Positions 17,620-26,602 of a DNA stretch of 64,000 nt are shown piece by piece. Numbering within the stretch: position 1 is the stretch's first letter; each line of letters opens with the position of its first letter. The translations under genes were made by a program, and so were the position numbers. The DNA comes from a virus: the IMG/VR virus record IMGVR_UViG_3300043788_000049, positions 23,272-87,271 of that record; one strand, 5' to 3'. The notes below the pieces were generated by a model. The model was not told where the DNA came from. It did no database searches and saw only the letters and a program-made list of their open reading frames with translations.

Positions 17620-17892
17620 ATGACCCACGCCTCACAGGTCCAGGCCATCCTCGATCGCGTCGCGGAGTGGGAGACGCCGCATGCCGCGGTGATCGAAGCA
17701 GCCTTGGAGCAAGCCGCGCACATGGCTCCGGGCGAAGCCTTACGCTGGCTCAACGCTCGCTTCGGGACGCCAATCCCGCAGTTTTGGGTCCAGCACGAGG
17801 TAGGAACGTGGGGATCGATAATAAAGATTGAGGAGCGCATCGTTTGGCTGCGGCGAAATTGCCTCAGCCCGACGCTAGGCTCCGGGTCTTAA
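17620..17892 (+). CDS. Small protein with N-terminal tag (member F; paralog of A)
   Basis: [17 protein letters not shown]; LRWL..P...VQH...WLRR shared with member A. Confidence 0.72.
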   Translation: MTHASQVQAILDRVAEWETPHAAVIEAALEQAAHMAPGEALRWLNARFGTPIPQFWVQHEVGTWGSIIKIEERIVWLRRNCLSPTLGSGS

Positions 17893-18064
17893 CCCGCCGG
17901 GACGCCGTCGCTCGACGGGCGTCCGAGATATGACGGGCCGGAAGCTTGCCGCCAGGATCAGCTCTCATGAACTCCTGGCCAACCTTCTTCGGGATTCCGA
18001 GTGTGGAATGGCCCGAGGCAGCAGCGGCCATCGCACGCCGCTGAGGTTCGCTGACGGCGGGCAA
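17864..18064 (-). CDS. Small basic phage protein
   Basis: [31 protein letters not shown]. Confidence 0.7.
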   Translation of the reverse strand: MPAVSEPQRRAMAAAASGHSTLGIPKKVGQEFMRADPGGKLPARHISDARRATASRRVKTRSLASG

Positions 18065-18065
18065 G

Positions 18066-18245
18066 TTAGTGCCTCGCCTTGGCGAAGGTTTGGGCCAAGG
18101 TCGCCATCCGACGAATGCGAGGGTTCTTCGAGTTCTTGGCTTCAGCCACGCGCGCTGCGGGGATTTTCTGGCCCATCGGAACGCCAAGGGCCCGGTGTAA
18201 TCCACCAGGGTGCCGCACGGCACCTGACATCCAACCTTTGGCCAT
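18066..18245 (-). CDS. Small basic phage protein
   Basis: [25 protein letters not shown]...ATLAQTF. Confidence 0.7.
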   Translation of the reverse strand: MAKGWMSGAVRHPGGLHRALGVPMGQKIPAARVAEAKNSKNPRIRRMATLAQTFAKARH

Positions 18246-18853
18246 CAGAAGCCCTCCGGTTCGGGGATCTTTACCCAAGCATTACAGCACGCCGCGCCTT
18301 CAATTGTCTTATCGAGATCGAAAACCTCGGGCAACGCCTCGTTGAGCGCCTGATAAAGTTCGCATTCTGGAATGCCGGTCCCATCGCCATCCATGTCAGC
18401 CATCCGACAGTGCTGGCAGCGGACGCGAGTGTCGTAGACGTAGCCGGCCGTCGAGGGCGACACGGCACCGCGCAGGCCACGAGCAAGCTCTGCGGCGTTC
18501 GAGTCAACGATCGCTTGGCATGGCACACCGACAGCCCAAGGTTGCCAGAACCCGCAAGACGAATCGTCGGTCACTGAAAATTCGCTGCCAAGCAGGACGC
18601 ATCTGGCTCCGCGGACCGTGCCGTGCATGGAAGCTTCTGGGACGAATTGGGCACAATTCGAGCACTGGCCAAAATATCCCTTCCCGTCGAAGCCATCGCG
18701 CGGGGCCATATACAAAAACACGCTCCGATCCAGCCTTGGCTCGGCCTTGACGGGCTCCTCGCCGGCTTCGTTCTCGGCCGGAGCGCGGCGGCCGAGGTTA
18801 GATCCTGGTCTGACGGTGACGCGGACCGGGGTTGCGGCGAGGGGGCGGGCCAT
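18245..18853 (-). CDS. Cys-rich protein with two CxxC..C..CxxW units (HiPIP-like pattern)
   Basis: CSNCAQF..C..SCGFW and CQHC..C..CCNAW. Confidence 0.55.
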   Translation of the reverse strand: MARPLAATPVRVTVRPGSNLGRRAPAENEAGEEPVKAEPRLDRSVFLYMAPRDGFDGKGYFGQCSNCAQFVPEASMHGTVRGARCVLLGSEFSVTDDSSCGFWQPWAVGVPCQAIVDSNAAELARGLRGAVSPSTAGYVYDTRVRCQHCRMADMDGDGTGIPECELYQALNEALPEVFDLDKTIEGAACCNAWVKIPEPEGF

Positions 18854-19191
18854 CAGGCGTCTTCCTTTTCGTCAGGATCAGGCGCGGGGACGATGATAAA
18901 GCCGGCCAGATAGAGCCGCATCAGAATTTTGTCTGTGGCTCTGAGCAATCCCGTCCGCTCTGGCTTCGTTTCAATCTCGGTGTTGATGGCGTCAGCCAGG
19001 GCTATGCGCGCGGCCGCGCCGTGCCGGACCCGATCAGTCTTGACGTCGCTCATCTGGATGCCTGTGGATGCCGAACTGGTGGGGATGGTGCTTGTCCCAC
19101 TCGTATTGGACGACCGCGCCGCCACCGAACGCAGCCACAGCGCAGCCGCCAAGCGTGACCGAGAGAAATGCGCAGATGATCAGGAGCCTCA

Positions 19192-19434
19192 TCATTCCCT
19201 CTCCATTTCGGCGATCATCATAACCGCGATCTGAGTATAGAGGATGGAGCCTTCATTAAGGTGATGCTTTGTCGCGAAGATTTCCTCTTTGTCCGCCAGG
19301 ATGGTCCAGATGAAAAGTCCGTCACGGTCGCTATCGAAGCCCGCAACCAGGGTATCGGCGACCCGATCGGGGACATGGCGCTTGCGCAGCTCCACCCCGA
19401 CCTTGGCCTCCAGGACGTTGTGGCGCCCTATCAT
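19192..19434 (-). CDS. Hypothetical protein
   Basis: ATGA-coupled ORF. Confidence 0.5.
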   Translation of the reverse strand: MIGRHNVLEAKVGVELRKRHVPDRVADTLVAGFDSDRDGLFIWTILADKEEIFATKHHLNEGSILYTQIAVMMIAEMERE

Positions 19435-19631
19435 TTGAACAAAAGCGCCCTGACAGCCGCATCTTTTGCTTCCAATAACTTCCGTAGGGCGACCGTGCGC
19501 TCCGGATTCCGGGGCAGGCCCTCAATAAGCCTGTTCGCCAGGTCGCCAAATGGCTTGCTGACCTCCTGCAGCCCTGGCGGCAGGTGGTTGTAGCCGAAGA
19601 ACTGCATAATCGGTTCGTTTTCTTCTGACAT
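19431..19631 (-). CDS. Small helical-hairpin phage protein (possibly Acb2/Tad1-hairpin-like)
   Basis: FFGYNHLPPGLQEVSKPF..LA..LP.NPERTVALRKLLEAKDAAVRA. Confidence 0.6.
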   Translation of the reverse strand: MSEENEPIMQFFGYNHLPPGLQEVSKPFGDLANRLIEGLPRNPERTVALRKLLEAKDAAVRALLFK

Positions 19632-19843
19632 CAGGCTTTTCCTTTCATCATCGCGCCCAGCGCCGCGAGGCCGGCGAAGGTCCGGCGCATGGCCGCCTGC
19701 CGGTCCTTCTCAGACTGCGGCTTAGGAGGCTTGCCCATTGTCGCCATCGTGGCCGGCTGGGCCGGCTTCGATGTGACCTTGGGAGGACCCATGAGGGCCG
19801 ATGTCTGGGAGGGGACGAAGGCTTTCTGCGGGGCCAGATCCAA
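19631..19843 (-). CDS. Hypothetical protein
   Basis: AAGGAGG RBS. Confidence 0.45.
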   Translation of the reverse strand: MDLAPQKAFVPSQTSALMGPPKVTSKPAQPATMATMGKPPKPQSEKDRQAAMRRTFAGLAALGAMMKGKA

Positions 19844-20065
19844 GGCGGCCTCCTTTAGGGCTTGAGGGCGCCCGCCGCGGCGATCCGCGCCAGATTGACC
19901 GCGATTCCGCCGAGCAAATCGATCAAATTCTCGACGGTCGCCACATAGGAAGGATCGGATTGTCCCGCGAGCGCGACAGCTTCAGCTTTCAGCTTTGCAA
20001 CGACAGCATCAACGGCGTCAGGCGTAATCGGCGTGTTCATTTGCGTCACCTGTGTTTTAAAGCTT

Positions 20066-20368
20066 TTAGCCCAGCGCTTTCTCCGTGCGCCCGAGAGCCT
20101 CTTCAATTCGGCTCAAGTGCGCGTGAGAGTGTTCGACAATCGACCCGAGAGTCTCATGCAGTCCGTTCGGAACCGGAGTGGGTGCATTGCCGGGTTTTTC
20201 CGCCTGCTGCGGATATACGCCGCCTACGCGACTTGCGACCCTCTCGGCAGCATTAGCCAATTCAGTGATGCGGTCGATCACAGATTTCAACGCCAGGATG
20301 CGACCGGCTACGGTATTTTGGTCTACCGGAGCACTCGCCGTTTGTAGATTTGAATATTCAGCAGCCAT
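20066..20368 (-). CDS. Hypothetical coiled-coil protein
   Basis: GAGG RBS, helical pattern. Confidence 0.55.
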   Translation of the reverse strand: MAAEYSNLQTASAPVDQNTVAGRILALKSVIDRITELANAAERVASRVGGVYPQQAEKPGNAPTPVPNGLHETLGSIVEHSHAHLSRIEEALGRTEKALG

Positions 20369-20468
20369 TTTGTGCCCTCGTCAGTAATGCAGGATATAGC
20401 CCAGCAGGAATACCGTGGCGACCATCGGCAGCAGGAAGGCGTAGACGATCGCCACGTAAATCATAGCA

Positions 20469-20771
20469 TCACCAGCAGAGGCCGAATAGGCCGCAAGGCG
20501 CGCTCTTGGGCTCCGGCTTTGCGACTACCGGGGTTGTCTCGGGAGGATAGTGGTCGTGGTGATGGCGATGATGATGGTGGTGATCCCGATCGCGGTCATG
20601 GTGGTGGTGGTGACGTCCATCTCGGTCGTGGTCGTGATGCCCCCGGTGCCCGTGGTGATGCCCTTCATGATGACCCCAATGGCCCTCGCCCTTACCCTTG
20701 CCGTGGTGGGCAAGAGCCGGCGAGGCAACTGCCAAGGTGAGAATAGCAGCGCAAGCAAGTAGTCTTTTCAT
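20469..20771 (-). CDS. Secreted His-rich protein
   Basis: Signal peptide ending ALA, then a dense H/G/D/R tract. Confidence 0.65.
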   Translation of the reverse strand: MKRLLACAAILTLAVASPALAHHGKGKGEGHWGHHEGHHHGHRGHHDHDRDGRHHHHHDRDRDHHHHHRHHHDHYPPETTPVVAKPEPKSAPCGLFGLCW

Positions 20772-21604
20772 ATGGTTAAGTCTCCTTTGAGCTGGGAATA
20801 TCCCCTGTCGTCTACACCCGGAACCACACGCAACACAGAACTAGCTTTAAACGTCGCCGCGATATGCCGCGCGAGCGGCAACGGTATCTTAGCGATCATG
20901 GCGCTAGCAGCTTTTCGGGCCGGGCTCTTGCTACTGCACATGCGGGACAATGATGGCTGGGATTGGTTTAACCAATCCCCTCCTTGTTTGATGCCATCGG
21001 CAAGAGCGTCCCGGCCATTTGCGGCATAGGGCCCGAACCAAGAGCCATTGCCGCCGTTCTTCACGCCTTCCCTCGCCTGTCTACCGGCAATGCGCGTAAA
21101 GTCTTGGCCGCGCTTGGTTTGGTCGCTCCAGTTCATGCCGGATGTTTTGTAAGAGTGACCTATCGGCATAAGCGCTGGTATGTCGCCCCATAGGTAGAAC
21201 GAGCCGAAGTTCCAGCGCGCGCGACCGACCCATTTCTGAGCGCCACGCACGTTCTCGACGATCAGCGGAATATGCCGCCCAGCCGCATCGCAAGCCTCGC
21301 GCTGAATGCGAAAGCACGCCTCGAATAGTGTGTTATCAGGCGGCGGAAGCGCCTTCGCCTTCTTCCAAGGCATGGCGCGGTAGCTGTAGGCTTGGCACGG
21401 CGGCGAGGCGACGATCAGCGCTACATCCCTGAATTGGCTGCCGTGGAGCGTCAGCACGTCTTGGAGCACGAGCTGGCCCGGATAGCGATGGCCGCCATAT
21501 TCGTGGCGTTCGATGTCGAACCCGATGACATCGTAGCCCTCGGCGAGAAGACCATCGGTCCAGCCGCCGAGCCCGCAGAACAGATCAATCGCGAGCGGCT
21601 TCAT
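20768..21604 (-). CDS. DNA cytosine-C5 methyltransferase
   Basis: IDLFCGLGG (motif I), SPPCQ (IV), VENV (VI). Confidence 0.88.
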   Translation of the reverse strand: MKPLAIDLFCGLGGWTDGLLAEGYDVIGFDIERHEYGGHRYPGQLVLQDVLTLHGSQFRDVALIVASPPCQAYSYRAMPWKKAKALPPPDNTLFEACFRIQREACDAAGRHIPLIVENVRGAQKWVGRARWNFGSFYLWGDIPALMPIGHSYKTSGMNWSDQTKRGQDFTRIAGRQAREGVKNGGNGSWFGPYAANGRDALADGIKQGGDWLNQSQPSLSRMCSSKSPARKAASAMIAKIPLPLARHIAATFKASSVLRVVPGVDDRGYSQLKGDLTI

Positions 21605-21912
21605 GGCTGACACCGGAGAACCGCGCGCAAATCCGCCAACCCTATCTCCCCCCTGGCGAAAGCCTTGGCCGCCTCGCGCGCCGCCGCAGCGTCGTAGAGG
21701 CGTCGTGGCTGGCGCGGCTTGCGCTCAACCTTGGCAGGCTTCGGCTTACGCGCCCAATGCTGGCCCCTCGCGTCCACCAAGCGGCCGTTCAGCACCCGCC
21801 GGACCTGCGATTTCGATACCCCCACATGCCGGGCGATCGCCCCATTGCTCCAGCCCTCCTCGCGGAGTTCGCGGGCGGTCTGATGCCAGGGGATGGCGGC
21901 TCTATCGAGCAT
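21601..21912 (-). CDS. HTH DNA-binding protein
   Basis: ARELREEGWSNGAIARHVGVSKSQVRRVL. Confidence 0.75.
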   Translation of the reverse strand: MLDRAAIPWHQTARELREEGWSNGAIARHVGVSKSQVRRVLNGRLVDARGQHWARKPKPAKVERKPRQPRRLYDAAAAREAAKAFARGEIGLADLRAVLRCQP

Positions 21913-22504
21913 CAAACTTCGTCTTCTCGTTGCCCCAGACTGTCCAGCCTGAGCGGGATTGACGGCCGAAAAGTTCGAGATACGGCCCAGAGACCAAGCG
22001 CTCAATGCGCTCCTGGACGCAATCCGGTTTGCGACTGTGCTCGCGACGGGGCTCGATAATAGCCTGCCTAACCCCAGAATCGCGGCGCTTCGGCTTGCCT
22101 CGCGTTGCCAACAAACAGATTTCGGAATTTGAGCGCGTCCAATAACCGAGCGTCATATGCGGGTCGATGTCGTCGCGGAACATATCGATTTGGCCAGCAT
22201 GGGCCTTTACCCAGCAAAAACCGCAAGTCTTGTATTCAAAGCCCCACGCCTTGATCGTTCGGAACGACCATTCGATGACCGGCCAGCACGTCCAGAGGAA
22301 CAGCACGCAATCGTCAGCGGCCAAATCGGCAACCGGGAGCGCGTTCAATTCATGCTCGCGCATGACCTCGTAATGAGGACCGACTGCGCGCGAAGCATAG
22401 GCTGCAGGCGTTTTCTCAGAGCGTCCGCCCCACCACAAATTGAAGGCCCACGGCGGATCGGCCAAGATCGCCCCAAACTTGCCCGCCGGGAGAGGATCAA
22501 TCAT
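21902..22504 (-). CDS. MT-A70 family adenine methyltransferase
   Basis: ILADPPW, LFLWT, WGFEYKT, EHSRKP, YLELFGR, WGNE. Confidence 0.92.
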   Translation of the reverse strand: MIDPLPAGKFGAILADPPWAFNLWWGGRSEKTPAAYASRAVGPHYEVMREHELNALPVADLAADDCVLFLWTCWPVIEWSFRTIKAWGFEYKTCGFCWVKAHAGQIDMFRDDIDPHMTLGYWTRSNSEICLLATRGKPKRRDSGVRQAIIEPRREHSRKPDCVQERIERLVSGPYLELFGRQSRSGWTVWGNEKTKFDAR

Positions 22505-22875
22505 TTGCGTCCGCGCTTCGGAAATGACCTCGACGGCCACTTCGACTTCGGCTTTTCCCGCCCCGGCTCTTTGGCCAGGAGCCGGGCGCGGAAGGCGGCT
22601 TGCTCTTTCGTGAGCCGCTTCGCCTTGGCGGCATTAGCGATGTCGGAGCCAGCAGTCGTTGCCGGCGAGCCGAAGGTCTTGAGTGTGTGGCAGTATTTGT
22701 GGACCGCCCGGAGGTTAGCCAGATCGTCGGCGCCGCCGATAGACAAAGCGATTTCGTGGTCAAAATCACAGTTATCCAGAGCCCCGATCCGCAAGCCGCA
22801 TAGCGGGCAGATGGCCTGACGCGCCAGGACCGAGGCTCTCGCCAAAACGCCCCAATGCCGGCGCTTGCGCTTCAC
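22501..22875 (-). CDS. HNH endonuclease
   Basis: CPLCG..DHEIALSIGGADDLANLRAVHKYCH. Confidence 0.85.
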   Translation of the reverse strand: MKRKRRHWGVLARASVLARQAICPLCGLRIGALDNCDFDHEIALSIGGADDLANLRAVHKYCHTLKTFGSPATTAGSDIANAAKAKRLTKEQAAFRARLLAKEPGREKPKSKWPSRSFPKRGRK

Positions 22876-23354
22876 GGGTCGTCTTGCCTCGCTATTCCCA
22901 TGTCCATGCGCGCCTTGGACCCCTCCAGCATCTTGACCGCCACCGCCCGGAAGGCGTCGTAGGCCGCCAGGAACTCCTGCCGCTGCTCCGTGGTCATTTC
23001 GAGGCTTGTCGGGCCGTAGATGGAAACCCAATGATTGACGCCACCCTCGGTGGTGTTGAACTCCAGGCAGCGCTGGACGGGCGGGGGTGCGGGTTGTGAC
23101 GCGATTGCAGGGTGCCTAACTGTTTGCTCCGCGACGACCTTTCGCATTTCTGCCTCTAACCCCCTCTCGGCGGCGATGAGCTGTGCGCTCAGACCGTCAG
23201 CCAACGGCAGTCCATTACGGAGGGCCGGACGCACTTTCGTGGCATTGAACATCTGCGGTTTTCTCCTGAGTCGGGCCCCTATTTGATCGGCCCATAGGGC
23301 GACCGCCAGCAGGACCCCGATGGCGGCGGTGATGGCCCAATGGGCGGAGGTCAT
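22872..23354 (-). CDS. Hypothetical membrane-anchored protein
   Basis: N-terminal TM helix. Confidence 0.55.
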   Translation of the reverse strand: MTSAHWAITAAIGVLLAVALWADQIGARLRRKPQMFNATKVRPALRNGLPLADGLSAQLIAAERGLEAEMRKVVAEQTVRHPAIASQPAPPPVQRCLEFNTTEGGVNHWVSIYGPTSLEMTTEQRQEFLAAYDAFRAVAVKMLEGSKARMDMGIARQDDP

Positions 23355-24424
23355 GCGTGTCCTTCCAGTTCCTTCTTTCTTGCCTCGATGATCGCCAGCG
23401 CCTCGTGCTCGACGTCACTAGTCATATTGGGGAGGGAGTTGCGGAGCTTGCGCTGGGCCGGTTGTTTCCACCAACGGTCCAGTTCACCCCGATCCGTAAT
23501 CCGCCCGATCGTGAGAAAAACATAGTTCGGATAATCCTGACCGGTTCGCGCCTCGATCACATCCGCTAACGGGCCAGCGGGGACGGCTGGGTCCGCGTCA
23601 GCCGCCCCCGTCACGCCCGCGGAAGGCTCCAGAGCAGGGGTAGGACCCTGGGCTTCCGCGGGCGCTGGCGATGCTCCCTTGTCGATCGTGGAAGGAGCGC
23701 TCGCTTCGGTCGCCGGAGCGCTTTGCTCCAGCGTTTGGTGGACATGGTCGGCATTGAAGCCCGCGCGCGCCGCAGCGGCGGGGCTGAGCCGGCCGAGCAC
23801 GTTCGTCTTGGGGGTCACATCCTTGGCGTTGTCGGCGCCGATCGCCGAATCCTCAAGCTCGTCCTTACCGTAGGCACCCAGGAGAATATCTGGGCAATAG
23901 CGCCGGCACCATGCGCGCGCCGCCATATATGCCTGCTGTTGGTCGGGATCATTCTTCCAAAGCGGTGAATTTTTTGGGTTAATGTCCTTGAACTTTGGTG
24001 TCCGATATTCGAGGGCGTCGACCTCGCCCTTCATGTGGCCGGTGCAGATGCAGACGCGCTCTGGCCCTTCGCCTTCATAGGTAAACCGCAGGCGTTGTTT
24101 CAATGGAGCCCGGCGCTCGATGACGGCATGAAGAAGCTGGGCAAAATATCCTATCTGATCGTTGACGACATAAGACATTCGGGCAAGCGCAAAAGGCGAA
24201 AACCCCCACTCGTCCGCCTGAACGCAGATAGCCAAACACGATCCTATGTTACCACGTAAATAGAGCGGGACTGCCTTGTCGGAGACGGCCATTAACCGCG
24301 AGAAATCCATCATCTCGGCGACGTTCTTGAACGAAATGCCGCCGACCTTATCGTCAATTTTGATAAGAGCTGTCTTTTCCTGATCGATTTTGCTCTCGAT
24401 AGCTAAAACACGGTTGTCGCTCAT
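23351..24424 (-). CDS. recT: RecT-family single-strand annealing protein
   Basis: VP..LRGN...CLAI..QA..WGFSPF, SPLWK.DPDQQ..Y.A.R.W.RRYCPDILLG; near RecE-like gene. Confidence 0.82.
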   Translation of the reverse strand: MSDNRVLAIESKIDQEKTALIKIDDKVGGISFKNVAEMMDFSRLMAVSDKAVPLYLRGNIGSCLAICVQADEWGFSPFALARMSYVVNDQIGYFAQLLHAVIERRAPLKQRLRFTYEGEGPERVCICTGHMKGEVDALEYRTPKFKDINPKNSPLWKNDPDQQQAYMAARAWCRRYCPDILLGAYGKDELEDSAIGADNAKDVTPKTNVLGRLSPAAAARAGFNADHVHQTLEQSAPATEASAPSTIDKGASPAPAEAQGPTPALEPSAGVTGAADADPAVPAGPLADVIEARTGQDYPNYVFLTIGRITDRGELDRWWKQPAQRKLRNSLPNMTSDVEHEALAIIEARKKELEGHA

Positions 24425-24978
24425 TGTTGCCCCCATTTGCCCCAATATTTTACGGCCGCTGCGGAATACGCAGCGCTTGCTTCTTCCGGCGTTCCAAATG
24501 CGCCAAGATGGATGAGCGTGCCGTTAATTCTTATCTTCGCGTGCCACCGCACGGTCTTCCTAACGGCTCGAAAAACACCCCTAAATCCAGACGTATTGTC
24601 GATTTGCTTGTTGCGGTTGCGAGCGTTTTCAACCTGCGTTGCAGGTCTAAGATTTTTCCACCTATTGTCAGACTTAACCCGGTTTATATGATCAATTTCG
24701 GCGATCGGCCATTCGCCGGTAATTATCAGCCAGATTAAGCGATGCGCTAGATACAGCCGACGCTTAATCTGGACCGCGACATACCCCTTTTTACCAATGG
24801 TGCCAGCAATTTGCCCAGCCCACCTTTTGCGCCACCACAAAAGCTTTCGGCCAGTAAACCCAGGCCATTCTTTCCACCGTAAAATTCCTGTTTCGCTTTC
24901 ATATTCCAATATTGACCTGACAAATTGCGCCGACAGGTCGCTCTTCAATGGCTGGCCGTTATTGGCGAGAGCAGTCAT
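24421..24978 (-). CDS. HNH homing endonuclease with AP2 domain
   Basis: YLAHRLIW, IDHINRVKSDNRWKNLR, NTSGFRGV, HLGAFGTPEEA. Confidence 0.92.
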   Translation of the reverse strand: MTALANNGQPLKSDLSAQFVRSILEYESETGILRWKEWPGFTGRKLLWWRKRWAGQIAGTIGKKGYVAVQIKRRLYLAHRLIWLIITGEWPIAEIDHINRVKSDNRWKNLRPATQVENARNRNKQIDNTSGFRGVFRAVRKTVRWHAKIRINGTLIHLGAFGTPEEASAAYSAAAVKYWGKWGQQ

Positions 24979-25913
24979 TCCCCTTCCATCCTTAGCTTTT
25001 GCTCGATCACGCCGCGGCGGCGCTCGCTTATTTCCAGATATTGAACTTCCTCTTGATTTCCCCCAGGGCCAGCCCACAGGCCCGAGTTGAACGCCTTGAC
25101 GAAACGCTCCAGGGCAAAATGGTTTTGCTTTTCCCCTAAAACCAGATCGTGCGGCTTGAGCGTGACCATCCGAGCCGAATAGGGAGGGGTCTTGCGGACG
25201 AAGTAGAAGGAGAAGTCCTCGATCTCCTGACCGAATAAAATCCGGTGGCCCTCCGCGACTAATGCAGCTTGTTGCTGATAATTATATTCCCCGACGGTGC
25301 GAACGAGATCGTCCCACTTCACGCTCTGGGTTGTCTTGAGATCCAAGTAGTTGCCCGAATCAGTCGGGATGACGTCGGGCCGCGCGAGCAGCCAGATCCC
25401 CGTGCTCTCGTCCTGCCATGCCATGGTCATTTCTATCAAACCATTGAGCACTCCCGCGCGCACCAGGGGCAGCTTGCCCAGCCCCGTCGCCATGCCTTTG
25501 ATGTCCTCGACCATGTCGGGCGTCAGGACGGTCAGGTCCGCCTCGGCGGCCTCGACGAGCCACTTCTTGCATTTGAGAGAATTGCCGCTCCATGGCTTCT
25601 CGTTGCCCTTCTCGTCCGTGTAGGTTTCCGGCCGGATGACGAAGCTCTTGCGAAACTCGGATTCCCCCATGAGCAAATGGTGGGTCGCGCGCCCGATGAT
25701 GAGGTCTTTGTTCTCGGGCTTCTCGATCCGCTCCGGGTTGTAGGGCGAAAACGCCCAATAGTCGGCCTCCGAATCATCGAAGATTGTGCGGAGACTGGAC
25801 GAGGACAGGGTGGGACCGACGCAAAGTCGTCCACTATGATAAGCGGAAATTCCTACGTTCGAATAAACGCCGGGCCTGTCGATGGGCTGGCCGGACCAGG
25901 GGATGATCTTCAT
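24975..25913 (-). CDS. recE: RecE/exonuclease VIII-like PD-(D/E)XK nuclease
   Basis: LSSSSL, GRATH, ARPD..DLKTT, YNYQQQAA. Confidence 0.85.
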   Translation of the reverse strand: MKIIPWSGQPIDRPGVYSNVGISAYHSGRLCVGPTLSSSSLRTIFDDSEADYWAFSPYNPERIEKPENKDLIIGRATHHLLMGESEFRKSFVIRPETYTDEKGNEKPWSGNSLKCKKWLVEAAEADLTVLTPDMVEDIKGMATGLGKLPLVRAGVLNGLIEMTMAWQDESTGIWLLARPDVIPTDSGNYLDLKTTQSVKWDDLVRTVGEYNYQQQAALVAEGHRILFGQEIEDFSFYFVRKTPPYSARMVTLKPHDLVLGEKQNHFALERFVKAFNSGLWAGPGGNQEEVQYLEISERRRGVIEQKLRMEGE

Positions 25914-26104
25914 CGCCTTGCCCACAGCACGAGAAACGGCAGGCCGGTCACGGCGCACAAGACTAGCCCGAACAAAAAGCCGGGGATGCCGTGATGAAGG
26001 CAATATTCAGCTATTTGGAACCCATCGACGATGTCCGTGACAAACAAAACGAACATGGAAAGCACGGCAGTCATTATCCAAGCACCCAATAGATCTCTTT
26101 TCAT
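25910..26104 (-). CDS. Small two-TM membrane protein
   Basis: Two hydrophobic segments; ATGA overlaps. Confidence 0.55.
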   Translation of the reverse strand: MKRDLLGAWIMTAVLSMFVLFVTDIVDGFQIAEYCLHHGIPGFLFGLVLCAVTGLPFLVLWARR

Positions 26105-26439
26105 CTTACGCGCCCCTCCAGAGCCTTGACCGCCAATCCCAGCGCCGAACTGACCACGAGGCGCTTGGTCGCGTCCTCGATCTCGTCCATGCGGTCGAGG
26201 GTCCCACGAACCGTTTGTAGGATTGAGAACTCGTTGTCGGCCGGAATGAGGTTTCGATAGTGGCCTTTGTCGGGGACCAGAAAGCCGTCCCGAATCATCC
26301 GGCCGATCATCTGTGACGTCCCGCCGATCGAGGAATAATTAAACTCCGTCATCACGTCTCGGAAACTCGGCGATATGCGATGCTTGGCGATATAGCGCCG
26401 GTAGAAGGCCAGGATGTCGTTCTGTTGCTTGCTGGGCAT
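26101..26439 (-). CDS. LexA-like winged-HTH repressor (no peptidase domain)
   Basis: QQNDILAF..YI...ISPSFRDV...YSS......L..DGFL. Confidence 0.78.
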   Translation of the reverse strand: MPSKQQNDILAFYRRYIAKHRISPSFRDVMTEFNYSSIGGTSQMIGRMIRDGFLVPDKGHYRNLIPADNEFSILQTVRGTLDRMDEIEDATKRLVVSSALGLAVKALEGRVR

Positions 26440-26507
26440 TAGCCGGCGATCCTCGGTGGGGCCGAAGCGATTTCCATTAAACGTGTTCCCTTATGTTCCT
26501 TTCCGCC

Positions 26508-26570
26508 CAATTTAGTTTCCCCATTCGCCCCGTCAAGCCTTGACGCGCACAATTCCGACTATTTAAGTGA
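26508..26570. promoter_or_regulatory. Back-to-back divergent promoters sharing the palindrome CGTCAA-gcc-TTGACG
   Basis: 26531-26545 gives a TTGACG -35 on each strand with AT-rich -10-like boxes on both sides. Confidence 0.6.
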
Positions 26571-26602
26571 AAAATTATTTCCACCAGCAAACGGACCAAC
26601 CA

